From an uncultured bacterium (GTDB lineage: Bacteria; Desulfobacterota; Deferrimicrobia; Deferrimicrobiales; Deferrimicrobiaceae), in contig CAVUIA010000009.1 in the NCBI GenBank assembly GCA_963741515.1, positions 32,287 to 96,286 on the forward strand: a stretch of DNA of 64,000 nt, written 5' to 3'. The position numbers were made by a program, and so were the translations under genes. Below are positions 28,294-38,829 of the stretch, piece after piece; the stretch's first letter is position 1, and each line of letters starts with the position of its first letter. The notes below the pieces were generated by a model, which saw only the letters and a list, made by a program, of their open reading frames with translations, ran no database searches and had not been told where the DNA came from.

Positions 28294-29228
28294 CTTTGTC
28301 CGGGGCTGATGCCCTACCCTCGCGCGCGATCAGCGCCCGGCGCGCCCGGGCCAGCTCCTTCTTCCCGGCTTCCCCGACCTCGGGATACGACAGGTCCAGC
28401 CGCCCGAGCGCGTCCACGACGACCGCCGCCACGACGAGGCGCGTGAACCACTTGTTGTCCGCCGGGACCACGTACCAGGGCGCCTCCCGGGAGGCCGTGC
28501 GGCGGATGGCGTCCTCGTAGGCCTCCATGTACTTGTCCCAGTACCCCCGCTCGGTCACGTCGGCCGTGGAAAACTTCCAGTTCTTTTCGGGCAGGTCGAG
28601 CCGCTCCATGAAGCGGGCCTTCTGCTCCTTCCGCGACACGTTCAGGAAGAACTTGAGCACCGTCGTCCCCTGCCGCGACAGGTACTGCTCGAACGCCGCG
28701 ATGTCCTTCAGCCGCTCCTCCCAGATGTCCTTCGTCACGAGACCCTCGGGGATCCTCTGCCGCTCCAGGATCTCCCGGTGCACGCGCACGACGAGCACCT
28801 CCTCGTAGTACGACCGGTTGAAGACGCCGATGCGGCCGCGCTCCGGAAGGCGGGAATGGTATCGCCACATGAAGTCGTGATCGAGCTCCTCCATCGACGG
28901 CTGCTTGAACGAGAACACCTGGCACCCCTGCGGGTTCACGCCCGACATGACGTGCCGGATGACCCCGTCCTTCCCGGCGGCGTCCATCGCCTGGAAAAGG
29001 AGGAGCACCGAATGCCGGTCCTGCGCGTAGAGCTTGTTCTGCTCCTCGGCAAGCCACTGGACACCCTTGGACAGCAGTCTCCCTGGCGAGCGGTTTCCGG
29101 TCGGATTTCAGGCCGGCCGTGTCCCCCGGGTCGAAGTCCTCGAGACGGAATTTTTCCCCTTGGGCCACCCGGTACGGCTCAATGAACTTGCCCACTTTCT
29201 TGAATATTTTTTCTTTTCCCTTTCCCAT
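28271..29228 (-). CDS. ppk2: Polyphosphate kinase 2 family protein, frameshifted near 29075
   Basis: QAMDAAGKDG, FKQPS..ELDHD, FNRSYYE, KNWKFS, APWYVVPADNKW. Confidence 0.9.
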
Positions 29229-29256
29229 GGCGGCCGTCCTCCGATCCGGTTTCCCT

Positions 29257-29301
29257 AAAAAACAAACCGGGGCGAAAGATCGCTCTTCCGCCCCGGGTTT
29301 C
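29257..29301 (-). terminator. Intrinsic terminator of the cytochrome c3 gene
   Basis: Minus strand ccggggcggaaga..tctttcgccccgg followed by tttgtttttt. Confidence 0.7.
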
Positions 29302-29337
29302 ACGCTGGCGGCCGTTTTGCCGCCGCGGCTCAAGCCG

Positions 29338-29682
29338 TTATTTCTTCTGGTGGCAGTCGTCGCACTTGGTGGGGCCCTTGGCCATCTTCGTGTGGCAATC
29401 CTTGCACTGCTTGTGGAACGCCTCTTTCAGGGAAAGCTTCTTGCCTTCGGTCTTGTCGGCGTGGCACTTGGCGCAATTCTGCTCCTTCCCCGCCGCGTCC
29501 GCGTGGTGGCAGGCCTTGCAGTCCTTCGCCAACGCCGCGTGCGCCTTGTGGTCGAACGCGACCGGTCCCTTGACCTTCTGGATCTCCTTGATCACCATCT
29601 TGTCGGGAGGCGCGGCGACAGCTACGCCAATCCCGAAGACCAAGGCGACGGCCAACGCCGTCAGAACCGCGATTTTTCTCAT
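29338..29682 (-). CDS. Periplasmic tetraheme cytochrome c3 (class III)
   Basis: Signal peptide, FDHKAH, four CxxCH (CKACHH, CAKCH, CKDCH, CDDCH). Confidence 0.9.
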   Translation of the reverse strand: MRKIAVLTALAVALVFGIGVAVAAPPDKMVIKEIQKVKGPVAFDHKAHAALAKDCKACHHADAAGKEQNCAKCHADKTEGKKLSLKEAFHKQCKDCHTKMAKGPTKCDDCHQKK

Positions 29683-29768
29683 ACGGTCACCTCCTTCGAG
29701 TGGTTATCGAATAACAATAATAATAACGGCTTTCCGGACAATCAACCAATACTTCCATCCCGCGAAAT

Positions 29769-29807
29769 CTTAACACCGGCTTAATTTAGAACTCACGCCG
29801 TCTTGAT
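29769..29807 (+). promoter_or_regulatory. Putative Pho box upstream of pstS1
   Basis: cttaac, cttaat, actcac, cttgat at 29769, 29780, 29791, 29802 (11-bp period). Confidence 0.7.
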
Positions 29808-29874
29808 ATAAGAGAATCATGCTTCCATCAGACGCCCGAGAGGCGAATTGTATTCAATATGGAGGTGTTTGAAG

Positions 29875-30927
29875 ATGCGAAGAGTTGCCGGATTCCTTGC
29901 GGGGGCCGTGATCCTCCTGGCCCTGTCGTTCGTCATTGTCCCCGGCGCGTCGGCCGAGCTGGCGATCAACGGAGCGGGAGCGACGTTCCCGTACCCCCTC
30001 TACTCCAAGTGGTTCTACGAATATTCCAACGCGAACCCCGGGGTGAAGTTCAACTACCAGTCGATCGGCTCCGGCGGCGGGATCAAGCAGATCACGGCGG
30101 GGACCGTCGACTTCGGCGCCTCCGACGCCCCGATGACGGAAGAGGAGCTCGGCAAGCTCCCCGGCCCGATCCTCCACCTCCCGACGGCGATCGGCGCCGT
30201 CTCGGTGGTCTACAACATCCAGGGCGTGGGCTCCGGCCTCAAGCTCACCCAGGACGTCCTCGCCGAGATCTTCCTCGGGAAGATCACGCGGTGGAACGAC
30301 CCGAAGATCTTCGACCTGAACAAGGACCTGAAGCTCCCCACCGTCGACATCGTCGTCGCCCACCGCTCCGACGGGTCGGGCACGACCGACATCTTCACGA
30401 ACTACCTGTCGGCGGTGAACGCCGAATGGAAGGCCAAGGTCGGCCGCGGCAAGTCCGTCAAATGGCCCGTGGGGCTGGGCGGCAAGGGGAACGAGGGCGT
30501 GGCGGGGGTGGTGCAGCAGACCCCGGGCGCCGTCGGGTACGTCGAGCTGGCCTACGCCAAGCAGAACAAGATGTCCGTGGCTTCCGTCCGGAACCGGGAA
30601 GGGCAGTTCGTCTCCCCCACGATCGAGGCGACCTCCTCGGCGGCGGCCGGCGCGGCGAAAACGATGCCCGCCGACTTCCGCGTGTCCATCGTCGACGCCC
30701 CGGGGAAGGAATCGTACCCGATCGCCGGGCTGACCTGGCTGCTGGTGTACAAGGAGCAGAAGGACGAGGCGAAGGGCAAGGCGCTGGTCCAGTTCCTGAA
30801 GTGGGCGATCCGGGACGGGCAGAAGATGGAGGCGGCGCTCGATTACGCCCCGCTGCCGAAACCCGTGGTGGACATGATGGACAAGACGCTGCGGCAGATC
30901 ACGCATAAGGGGAAATCGCTGTATTGA
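29875..30927 (+). CDS. pstS: Phosphate ABC transporter substrate-binding protein
   Basis: GAGATFPYPLY, YQSIGSGGG, HRSDGSGTT, GKGNEGV. Confidence 0.95.
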   Translation: MRRVAGFLAGAVILLALSFVIVPGASAELAINGAGATFPYPLYSKWFYEYSNANPGVKFNYQSIGSGGGIKQITAGTVDFGASDAPMTEEELGKLPGPILHLPTAIGAVSVVYNIQGVGSGLKLTQDVLAEIFLGKITRWNDPKIFDLNKDLKLPTVDIVVAHRSDGSGTTDIFTNYLSAVNAEWKAKVGRGKSVKWPVGLGGKGNEGVAGVVQQTPGAVGYVELAYAKQNKMSVASVRNREGQFVSPTIEATSSAAAGAAKTMPADFRVSIVDAPGKESYPIAGLTWLLVYKEQKDEAKGKALVQFLKWAIRDGQKMEAALDYAPLPKPVVDMMDKTLRQITHKGKSLY

Positions 30928-30976
30928 TATCCCGTCGGCCTTCTTCCATAGGCCGGGGCAACTGGAATAAGATCAG

Positions 30977-31004
30977 GAGGGGGAGGGGCAACCTCCCCCT
31001 CTTT
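30977..31004 (+). terminator. Hairpin between pstS and pstC (terminator or mRNA stabiliser)
   Basis: gagggggagg-ggcaa-cctccccctc-ttt. Confidence 0.55.
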
Positions 31005-31056
31005 CCGTCCCATCTCCTCATGCCCGGAACGCGCCCGGAGGAAAGACGAACACCGG

Positions 31057-31995
31057 ATGGCCCCGCCGACCGGAAGGAACCCCAAGGACCGGATCTTCGA
31101 AGGGCTTTCCGCCTTCTTCGCCTTCGCGGTGCTGGCGCTCGCCGTGCTGCTCTTCCTGGTGATGCTCCGCGAGTCCCTGCCGGCGATCCGCAAGTTCGGG
31201 GCGGCGTTCCTCCTTTCGCGGGAATGGGACCCGGTCGACGAGAAGTTCGGGGCGCTCCCTTTCCTGTACGGGACCGTGGTTACCTCCTTCCTCGCGATCC
31301 TGATGGCCGTCCCTTTAAGCGTGGGGGCGGCCATCTTCATCAACGATTTCGCCCCGCCCTGGCTGAAGAAACCGGTCTCCCTCCTCGCGGAGCTGCTGGC
31401 GGCGATCCCCAGCGTCATCTACGGCCTGTGGGGAATCTTCGTCCTGGTTCCGGTGCTGCGTGACGGTTTCATGAAGCCGGTGGCGAAATATCTCGGCTGG
31501 ATCCCCCTGTTCAAGGGGCCCGTCTACGGGCCGAGCCTGCTGGCGGCGGGGGTTCTTCTGGCCATCATGATCGTCCCGTTCATCCTGTCGGTCAGCCGGG
31601 AGGTGCTGGCCACGATCCCCGCGCGGCAGAAGGAGGCGGTCCTCTCGTTGGGCGGCACCCGCTGGGAGATGCTCAGGATCGTCATCGGACAGCACTGCAT
31701 CCCCGGGATCTTCGGCGCGACGGTTCTCGGATTGGGACGAGCCCTCGGCGAGACGATGGCGGTCACGATGGTCATCGGGAACCGGCCCGAAATCTTCCTC
31801 TCCCTGTTCCAGCAGGGATACTCCATGGCGGCGGTGATCGCCAACGAGTTCGCGGAGGCCGCCGACCTGCAGCTTTCGTCGCTCATCCTGGTCGGGCTGC
31901 TGCTGTTCCTCGTGACGTTCGTGGTCAACCTCGCGTCGAAGTGGATGCCTCGAGAAGATGGTCAAGAGCGCCTCCGGGGGGATGTGACCCGATGA
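31057..31995 (+). CDS. pstC: Phosphate ABC permease PstC (last codons possibly frameshifted)
   Basis: [30 protein letters not shown]. Confidence 0.93.
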   Translation: MAPPTGRNPKDRIFEGLSAFFAFAVLALAVLLFLVMLRESLPAIRKFGAAFLLSREWDPVDEKFGALPFLYGTVVTSFLAILMAVPLSVGAAIFINDFAPPWLKKPVSLLAELLAAIPSVIYGLWGIFVLVPVLRDGFMKPVAKYLGWIPLFKGPVYGPSLLAAGVLLAIMIVPFILSVSREVLATIPARQKEAVLSLGGTRWEMLRIVIGQHCIPGIFGATVLGLGRALGETMAVTMVIGNRPEIFLSLFQQGYSMAAVIANEFAEAADLQLSSLILVGLLLFLVTFVVNLASKWMPREDGQERLRGDVTR

Positions 31996-32828
31996 AGACG
32001 ATCGGTTTCCGCCGGAAGGCGGTCGACACGGGGATGCGGTGGGTCTTCTACCTCTGCGCCTTCCTGGTCATCCTGCCGCTGTTCCTGATCTTCTTCGACC
32101 TGGTGGCCAAGGGCGCCAAGGAGCTCAGGTGGAGCCTGCTGACCGACCTCCCCCGCCCCGTGGGGGAGACGGGGGGCGGCATCGCCAACGGGATCCTCGG
32201 CTCCTTCGTCGTCACCCTCCTCACGATGGCCTGGTCCGTTCCGATGGCGGTGATGTGCGGGATCTACCTGGCGGAGTACGGCCGGGGGAAATTCGCCTCC
32301 GCCGTCCGCTTCGCCGTGGATTCGCTGACGGGGGTGCCCTCCATCATCATGGGCATCTTCGGCTACATCCTCGTCGTCCTCCCGATGAAGCGGTTCTCCG
32401 CGTGGGCGGGCGCGGCGGCGCTCACCATGATCTTCGTCCCCATCGTCGCGCGGACGACCGAGGACATGCTGCGCACCGTGCCGAGGTCGGTCCGGGAGGC
32501 GGCCCTGGCGCTGGGGATCGAACGGTGGAAGACGACGCTGTACATCGTGGTCCGCACCGCCTGGGCGGGGATCCTCACCGGGATCCTGCTGGCCATGGCG
32601 CGCATCGTCGGGGAAACGGCCCCCCTCCTGTTCACCGTCCTGGGGAACCAGTTCTGGCAGATGCACCTCGACCAGCCGATGGCGGCCATGCCGCTCCAGG
32701 TGTTCTCCTATGCCATATCCCCCTATTCGGACTGGCACGACAAGGCCTGGGCCGCCGCCCTCGTCCTCATCACGCTGGTCCTGATGATCAACATCGGCGC
32801 CCGGTTCCTGACCCGGGAAAGGAAATAG
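31992..32828 (+). CDS. pstA: Phosphate ABC permease PstA
   Basis: [22 protein letters not shown]. Confidence 0.93.
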   Translation: MKTIGFRRKAVDTGMRWVFYLCAFLVILPLFLIFFDLVAKGAKELRWSLLTDLPRPVGETGGGIANGILGSFVVTLLTMAWSVPMAVMCGIYLAEYGRGKFASAVRFAVDSLTGVPSIIMGIFGYILVVLPMKRFSAWAGAAALTMIFVPIVARTTEDMLRTVPRSVREAALALGIERWKTTLYIVVRTAWAGILTGILLAMARIVGETAPLLFTVLGNQFWQMHLDQPMAAMPLQVFSYAISPYSDWHDKAWAAALVLITLVLMINIGARFLTRERK

Positions 32829-32836
32829 GAGGCTGG

Positions 32837-33598
32837 ATGGACAACGTTTTCGAGATCCGGGACCTGTGCGGCTGGTTCGGCGACAACCAGGTCCTGAAGA
32901 ACATCCGCATGGATATCGGGCGGTTCTCCGTAACCTCGGTCATGGGGCCGTCGGGGTGCGGGAAGAGCACGTTCATCCGGTGCCTGAACCGCATGCACGA
33001 CATGACCCCCAGCTTCCGCATGACCGGCGAGATCCTGCTGGAAGGCCGGAACATCATCTCCGACCAGGTCGATCCGGTGAACCTCCGCCGGAGAGTGGGA
33101 ATGGTGTTCCAGCAGCCGAACCCGTTCCCGCGGATGTCCGTGTTCGACAACGTGGCCGTCGGGCTGCGGCTGAACAGCAGGAAGATCCCCAGGGGCGAGC
33201 TCGCCGACGTCGTGGAGAAGTCGCTCAACATGGCGGCCCTCTGGAACGAGGTGAAGGACAAGCTGGACAGCCCCGGGGTGTCCTTATCCGGCGGGCAGCA
33301 GCAGCGGCTCTGCATCGCCCGCGCTTTGGCCGTAGAGCCGGAAGTCCTGCTGATGGACGAGCCGTGCTCGGCCCTCGACCCGGTCTCCACGGCGAAGATC
33401 GAGGAGCTCATCGAGGACCTGAGCGAGAAATACACGATCGTCGTGGTGACCCACAACATGCAGCAGGCGGCCCGGATCTCCGACAACGTCGCCTTTTTCC
33501 TCCTCGGGGAACTGATCGAGATGGACAAGAGCGGTAAAATGTTCACGAATCCTTCGGACAAGCGGACCGAGGAATACATCACCGGAAGGTTCGGATGA
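32837..33598 (+). CDS. pstB: Phosphate ABC ATPase PstB
   Basis: [35 protein letters not shown]. Confidence 0.95.
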   Translation: MDNVFEIRDLCGWFGDNQVLKNIRMDIGRFSVTSVMGPSGCGKSTFIRCLNRMHDMTPSFRMTGEILLEGRNIISDQVDPVNLRRRVGMVFQQPNPFPRMSVFDNVAVGLRLNSRKIPRGELADVVEKSLNMAALWNEVKDKLDSPGVSLSGGQQQRLCIARALAVEPEVLLMDEPCSALDPVSTAKIEELIEDLSEKYTIVVVTHNMQQAARISDNVAFFLLGELIEMDKSGKMFTNPSDKRTEEYITGRFG

Positions 33599-33625
33599 TC
33601 CTGTCCGGGAAGGGGTGACCAGGGA

Positions 33626-34321
33626 ATGGGAAAGAGGACATCGGAGCATTTCACGGAGCAGCTGGCGGGGCTGAAGGAGCTGGTCCTGCGGATGGGCGGG
33701 CTGGCGGAAGCGATGACGCGGCGGGTCGTCCAGGCGCTGGTGCAGAGGGACAAGGACCTGTTGCCCGAAGTCCAGTCGATGGAGAAGCAGGTCAACCAGC
33801 TCCACATCGAGATCGACGAGGCATGCCTCGAGATCATCGCCTTGCGGCAGCCCGCGGCCGCCGACCTGCGGTTCATCGCCGCGGCGATGAAGATCAACAC
33901 GGACATGGAGCGGATCGGCGACCAGGCGATCAACATCCTCGAGGCCGCCGAGGATCTGCTCACCGTCCCCCCCCTCAAGCCGCTGATCGACATCCCCCGG
34001 ATGGCCGAGATCGCCCAGGAGATGCTGAAGGACGCGCTGGACGCCTTCGTGAACGGCGACGACGAACTGGCGCAGAAGACGATCCTGCGGGACGACGTCG
34101 TGGACGAGCTCAAGGACCAGGTGTTCCGGGAGCTGCTCACCTACATGGCCGCGGACCCCTCCACCATCCCCCGGGCGATGGACCTGATCCTGGTCTCCCG
34201 CCACCTGGAGCGGATCGCGGACCACGCCACGAACATCTGCGAGGACGTCATCTTCATGGTGAAGGGAAAAGACATCCGGCACCAGGGATCGCAGGAAGGG
34301 AAGACCGGCCCGCGATCTTGA
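33626..34321 (+). CDS. phoU: Phosphate signalling protein PhoU
   Basis: [26 protein letters not shown]. Confidence 0.95.
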   Translation: MGKRTSEHFTEQLAGLKELVLRMGGLAEAMTRRVVQALVQRDKDLLPEVQSMEKQVNQLHIEIDEACLEIIALRQPAAADLRFIAAAMKINTDMERIGDQAINILEAAEDLLTVPPLKPLIDIPRMAEIAQEMLKDALDAFVNGDDELAQKTILRDDVVDELKDQVFRELLTYMAADPSTIPRAMDLILVSRHLERIADHATNICEDVIFMVKGKDIRHQGSQEGKTGPRS

Positions 34322-34371
34322 CGCCAACTTAACGCCGGCATCACTCCGTCTTCGGATACGGCCGGTATTCT
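34317..34371 (+). promoter_or_regulatory. Putative Pho box and -10 upstream of pstS2
   Basis: cttgac, cttaac, catcac, cttcgg at 34317, 34328, 34339, 34350; TATTCT at 34366. Confidence 0.65.
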
Positions 34372-34424
34372 CGATCTCCAATCCCTCTGGAACGCATTTC
34401 CAAAGGAAAAGGAGGATCGAGAGG

Positions 34425-35439
34425 ATGAAGAACTGCATTCGGCGGGGGTTCCGTGTCGCATTGACCGTGCTGGCGATTTCCTGGGCGATTCCGGCAACGG
34501 CGCAGAACCTGGTCAAGATCGACGGCTCCTCCACGGTGTTCCCGATCACCGAGGCGGTGGCGGAGGAATTCCAGAAGGCCGAAAAGGGCGCGGTGAAGGT
34601 CACGGTCGGGATCTCCGGGACCGGCGGCGGGTTCAAGAAGTTCTGCGCGGGTGAAACCGACATCAGCGACGCCTCCCGCCCCATCAAGGAATCGGAGGTC
34701 AAGCTCTGCGGGGAGAAGGGAATCCAGTACATCGAGCTTCCCGTCGCCTACGACGGCCTCGCCGTCATGGTCAACCCGAAGAACGACTGGGTCGATTTCA
34801 TGACCGTCGCCGAACTCAAGAAGATCTGGGAACCGGCGGCCCAGGGCAAGATCATGAAGTGGAACGACGTGCGCCCCTCCTGGCCGGACAAGCCGATCCG
34901 GCTCTACGGGCCCGGGACCGACTCCGGGACGTTCGACTACTTCACCGAGGCGATCAACGGCAAGGAGAAGGCCAGCCGCACGGACTTCACGGCGAGCGAG
35001 GACGACAACATCCTGGTCCAGGGGATCGCTTCGGACGCTCGGCGGCCTCGGGTACTTCGGCGTGGCGTATTATGAGAACAACAAGGACAAGCTCAAGCTG
35101 GTCGCCGTCGACGACGGCAAGGACGGCAACGGCAAGGGCCCGCAGGCCCCGACGTACGAGAACGTCGTGAAGGGGACCTATCAGCCGCTCGCCCGCCCGA
35201 TCTTCATTTACGTGAACAAGAAGTCGGCGGACAAGCCCGAGGTCCAGCGCTTCGTGAAGTTCTACATGCAGCACGGCGGCAAGCTCTCCAAGGAAGTCGG
35301 GTACGTGTCGCTCCCGAAAGAGGCGTACGATCTCGGTCAGGTCCGGTTCGATAAGCGGATGACCGGGTCGGTCTTCGGGGGGCACGGCTCCCAGATCGGG
35401 GTCAAGATCGAGGACCTGCTGAAGAAAGAGGGGAAGTAG
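34425..35439 (+). CDS. pstS: Second PstS (different subfamily), frameshifted near 35040
   Basis: [33 protein letters not shown]; YQPLARP in the next frame. Confidence 0.92.
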
Positions 35440-35486
35440 GGCGGAATCCATGCCCCGCAGCTTCTCGCAAAAGAGCAAGGGAACGG

Positions 35487-36344
35487 ATGGTCGAGGGGGC
35501 GCTCCTGGCGAGCGCCCTCTTTTCCGTCCTCACCACGGCGGGCATCATCGCCGTCCTGATGTTCGAGACGTATGAGTTCTTCCAGGAAGTCCCCATTGTG
35601 GAATTCCTCACCTCGACCCAGTGGACGCCCCTTTTCGAAGACAAGAATTTCGGGATCCTGCCGCTGTTCTGCGGCACCTTCCTGACCACGGGGATCGCGA
35701 TGGCCACCGCCGTCCCCGTGGGGCTGATCAGCGCCATTTACCTGAGCGAATACGCCTCCCCGGGGTTGCGAAGCGTCGTGAAGCCCGTGCTGGAGCTCCT
35801 GGCGGCCGTACCGACGGTGGTGTACGGCTACTTCGCCCTCCTGTTCGTCACTCCCCTGCTGCGGAACGTCTTCCCGGAGATCTCCGGGTTCAACGCGTTG
35901 TCCGCGGGGCTGGTCATGGGGGTCATGATCGTCCCCACCATCTCCTCCTTGAGCGAGGACGCGATGCACGCCGTCCCGATGGGGCTCCGGGAAGGCGCCC
36001 TCTCGGTCGGCTCCACCCGGTTCCAGATGGCGACGCGGGTCGTCCTTCCCGCCGCCCTGTCCGGGGTGGCGGCCGCCTCCATCCTCGGCGTGTCGCGGGC
36101 CGTGGGGGAAACGATGATCGTGGCGATCGCCGCGGGGATGCAGCCCCAGTTCACGCTCAATCCGTTCGAGCCGATCCAGGCGGTGACGGCCTACATCGTC
36201 CAGGTCAGCCTCGGCGACACCCCGACCGGGACGATCGAATACAAGACGATCTTCGCCGCCGGGATGACGCTGTTCCTCGTCACCCTCGTCCTGAACGTTG
36301 CCAGCCACCTTCTCAAGCGGAAATTCCGCGAAGAATACGACTGA
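35487..36344 (+). CDS. pstC: Second PstC (true start probably 35450 with an indel)
   Basis: ELLAAVPTVVYGYF, SRAVGETMIV. Confidence 0.92.
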   Translation: MVEGALLASALFSVLTTAGIIAVLMFETYEFFQEVPIVEFLTSTQWTPLFEDKNFGILPLFCGTFLTTGIAMATAVPVGLISAIYLSEYASPGLRSVVKPVLELLAAVPTVVYGYFALLFVTPLLRNVFPEISGFNALSAGLVMGVMIVPTISSLSEDAMHAVPMGLREGALSVGSTRFQMATRVVLPAALSGVAAASILGVSRAVGETMIVAIAAGMQPQFTLNPFEPIQAVTAYIVQVSLGDTPTGTIEYKTIFAAGMTLFLVTLVLNVASHLLKRKFREEYD

Positions 36345-36357
36345 TCCGGGGGTCCCC

Positions 36358-37263
36358 TTGGGCGCGTTCGACAGGAAATCTCTGGACAGGTTCAAGGACA
36401 GGGCCTTCGCCGTGGCGGGGTTGGCCACGACCCTGCTGGGCCTGGGGGTCCTCGCGGTTTTGCTGGCCGACGTCCTGATGGACGGCGCGGGGCGGCTCTC
36501 CTGGCAGTTCCTGACGAGCTTCCCGTCGCGGAAGCCCGCCGACGCCGGTTTCCTCTCCGCCATCGTGGGGTCCCTTTGGGTCGTCGCGACGACGGTCTGC
36601 GTGGCCGTCCCCCTCGGCATCGCCGCGGCCGTCTACCTCGAGGAGTACAGCGAGAAGAACTGGCTCTACCATCTTCTCGAGATCAACATCGCCAACCTGG
36701 CGGGCGTCCCGTCGATCATCTACGGGCTGCTCGGGCTGGGCCTCTTCGTCCGATGCTTCTCCCTGGGGAGAAGCATCCTCGCGGGAGGGATGACGCTCGC
36801 TCTCCTTCTGCTGCCGATGATCATCATGGCCACCCGGGAGGCGCTCCGGGCCATTCCGATGTCGATCCGGGAAGGGGCCTATGCCCTCGGGGCGACCAAG
36901 TGGCAGGCCATCCGCGGCCAGGTCCTCCCCGCGGCCTGGGGCGGGGTCATGACGGGAATCATCCTTTCCGTTTCCAGGGCCATGGGAGAGACGGCCCCGC
37001 TCATCACGATCGGCGCGCTGACCTACATCGCCTTCCTCCCCCAGGTACCGCTGACCGGGGAGTTCCCGTTCGTGACGCTGAAAGGCTTCATGGACCCGTT
37101 CACGGCGATGCCGATCCAGATCTTCAACTGGGTATCGAGGCCCCAGAAGGCCTTCCTCGAGAACGCGGCGGCGGGCATCCTCATACTGCTGTTCATCACC
37201 CTGTTCATCAACGGAGCGGCGATATGGCTACGGCACAGGCACCAGCGGAAGATCCGGTGGTGA
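36358..37263 (+). CDS. pstA: Second PstA
   Basis: [24 protein letters not shown]. Confidence 0.92.
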   Translation: MGAFDRKSLDRFKDRAFAVAGLATTLLGLGVLAVLLADVLMDGAGRLSWQFLTSFPSRKPADAGFLSAIVGSLWVVATTVCVAVPLGIAAAVYLEEYSEKNWLYHLLEINIANLAGVPSIIYGLLGLGLFVRCFSLGRSILAGGMTLALLLLPMIIMATREALRAIPMSIREGAYALGATKWQAIRGQVLPAAWGGVMTGIILSVSRAMGETAPLITIGALTYIAFLPQVPLTGEFPFVTLKGFMDPFTAMPIQIFNWVSRPQKAFLENAAAGILILLFITLFINGAAIWLRHRHQRKIRW

Positions 37264-37265
37264 GC

Positions 37266-38044
37266 ATGGAGGCGGCGCCCATGGACGAACCGGAAGCGGC
37301 GTTCCGGATCGAAGACCTTTCGGTGTTCTACGGGGAAAAACGGGCCGTCGGGAACGTTTCCCTGTCGGTCCCCTCGCGGTCCACCACCGCCCTGATCGGG
37401 CCGTCCGGCTGCGGGAAGAGCACCCTACTGCGGTGCCTGAACCGCATGAACGACCTCGTCCCCTCCTTCCGGATGAAGGGCAGGATCGTGTACGGGCGGC
37501 AGGACCTCTACGGCAAAGGCGTGGACGTCACCGACATCCGCCGCAAGATCGGCATGGTCTTCCAGAAGCCGAACCCGTTCCCGAAAAGCATCTACGAAAA
37601 CATCGCCTTCGGACTGCGGATCCAGGGGATCGGGGCGCGCTCCGTGATCGACGGTACGGTCGAGGCGTGCCTCCGGAAGGCGGCCCTGTGGGACGAGGTG
37701 AAGGACAACCTCGAGCATTCCGCGCTCGCCCTTTCCGGGGGCAGCAGCAGCGCCTGTGCATCGCCAGGGCCCTCGCGGTGCAGCCCGAGGTGATCCTCAT
37801 GGACGAGCCGTGCTCCGCCCTCGACCCGATCTCCACCGGCAAGATCGAGGACCTGTCGTTCGATCTCCGAAAGGAGTACACGGTCGTCATAGTGACCCAC
37901 AACATGCAGCAGGCGGCCCGGATTTCCGAGCGCACCGCCTTCTTCATGCTCGGAGAGGTGGTCGAGTACGACCTGACGAAGAAGATCTTCACCAACCCGT
38001 CCCGCAAGCTGACCGAGGACTACGTGACCGGGCGGTTCGGGTGA
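37266..38044 (+). CDS. pstB: Second PstB, frameshifted in a G-run near 37740
   Basis: [21 protein letters not shown] then [16 protein letters not shown]. Confidence 0.92.
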
Positions 38045-38078
38045 TCCGGGCAGCGGCCGAGGGCCGCCGGGAGGAAAG

Positions 38079-38744
38079 ATGACGCGGGACGCATACGTTC
38101 GGGAGCTTCAATCCCTCGAGGAGAAGTTCCAGCTGCTGGGCCGCATGGTGAGCGCGGCGATCCGCTCCTCCGTGGACTCCCTGAAGCGCCGGGACCCGGA
38201 GGCCTCCCGGGAGATCATCCGGAACGACCTGGAGATCAACCGGAAGCGCTTCGAGATCGAGGAACATTGCTTCGATCTCATCGCGACGCAGCAGCCGACG
38301 GCCGTGGACCTTCGCACCATCGGGTCGATCCTCATCATGTCCACAGACCTGGAACGGATGGGCGATCATGCCGAGGGTATCGCCAAGATCACCCTGTTGC
38401 TGGAAGGGAAACGTCTGGTCAAGCCCCTCATCGATATCCCCCGCATGGCGGAGAAGGTGCTCTCGATGCTCGACCGGACGCTCCAGGCGTTCGCCTCACG
38501 GGACGCCGATACGGCCAGGGCCATCTGCGTTGAGGACGACGAGGTCGACGCCCTGCACTACCAGGTCTACCGGGAGCTCCTGCTCCTGATGATCGAGAAC
38601 CCCCAGGTCATCGAAGGCGCCACCTACCTGCTGTGGGTCTCGCACAACATCGAGCGGATCGCGGACCGGGCGACGAACATCGCCGAGCGCGTCGTTTTCG
38701 TCGCGACGGGGAAGATGGAAGAGCTGAACGTTTCCAAGGGCTGA
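38079..38744 (+). CDS. phoU: Second PhoU
   Basis: QQPTAVDLR, LERMGDH, IERIADRATNIAE. Confidence 0.93.
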   Translation: MTRDAYVRELQSLEEKFQLLGRMVSAAIRSSVDSLKRRDPEASREIIRNDLEINRKRFEIEEHCFDLIATQQPTAVDLRTIGSILIMSTDLERMGDHAEGIAKITLLLEGKRLVKPLIDIPRMAEKVLSMLDRTLQAFASRDADTARAICVEDDEVDALHYQVYRELLLLMIENPQVIEGATYLLWVSHNIERIADRATNIAERVVFVATGKMEELNVSKG

Positions 38745-38829
38745 TCGCGCCCGCAACGGGAAGGCGGGGCTTGGACTGGGACCGGAGAACGGCGATAATG
38801 GGATAAACACTCGGCAACAGGAGCCCGGA

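Noticed and set aside
29710-29727. AAT-rich microsatellite upstream of cytochrome c3
   Set aside because: Too short for phase variation; likely ordinary AT-rich promoter sequence
37730-37750. Programmed frameshifting in pstB2, ppk2, fprA and others
   Set aside because: No consistent slippery sites or stimulators; shifts fall inside conserved motifs and are widespread
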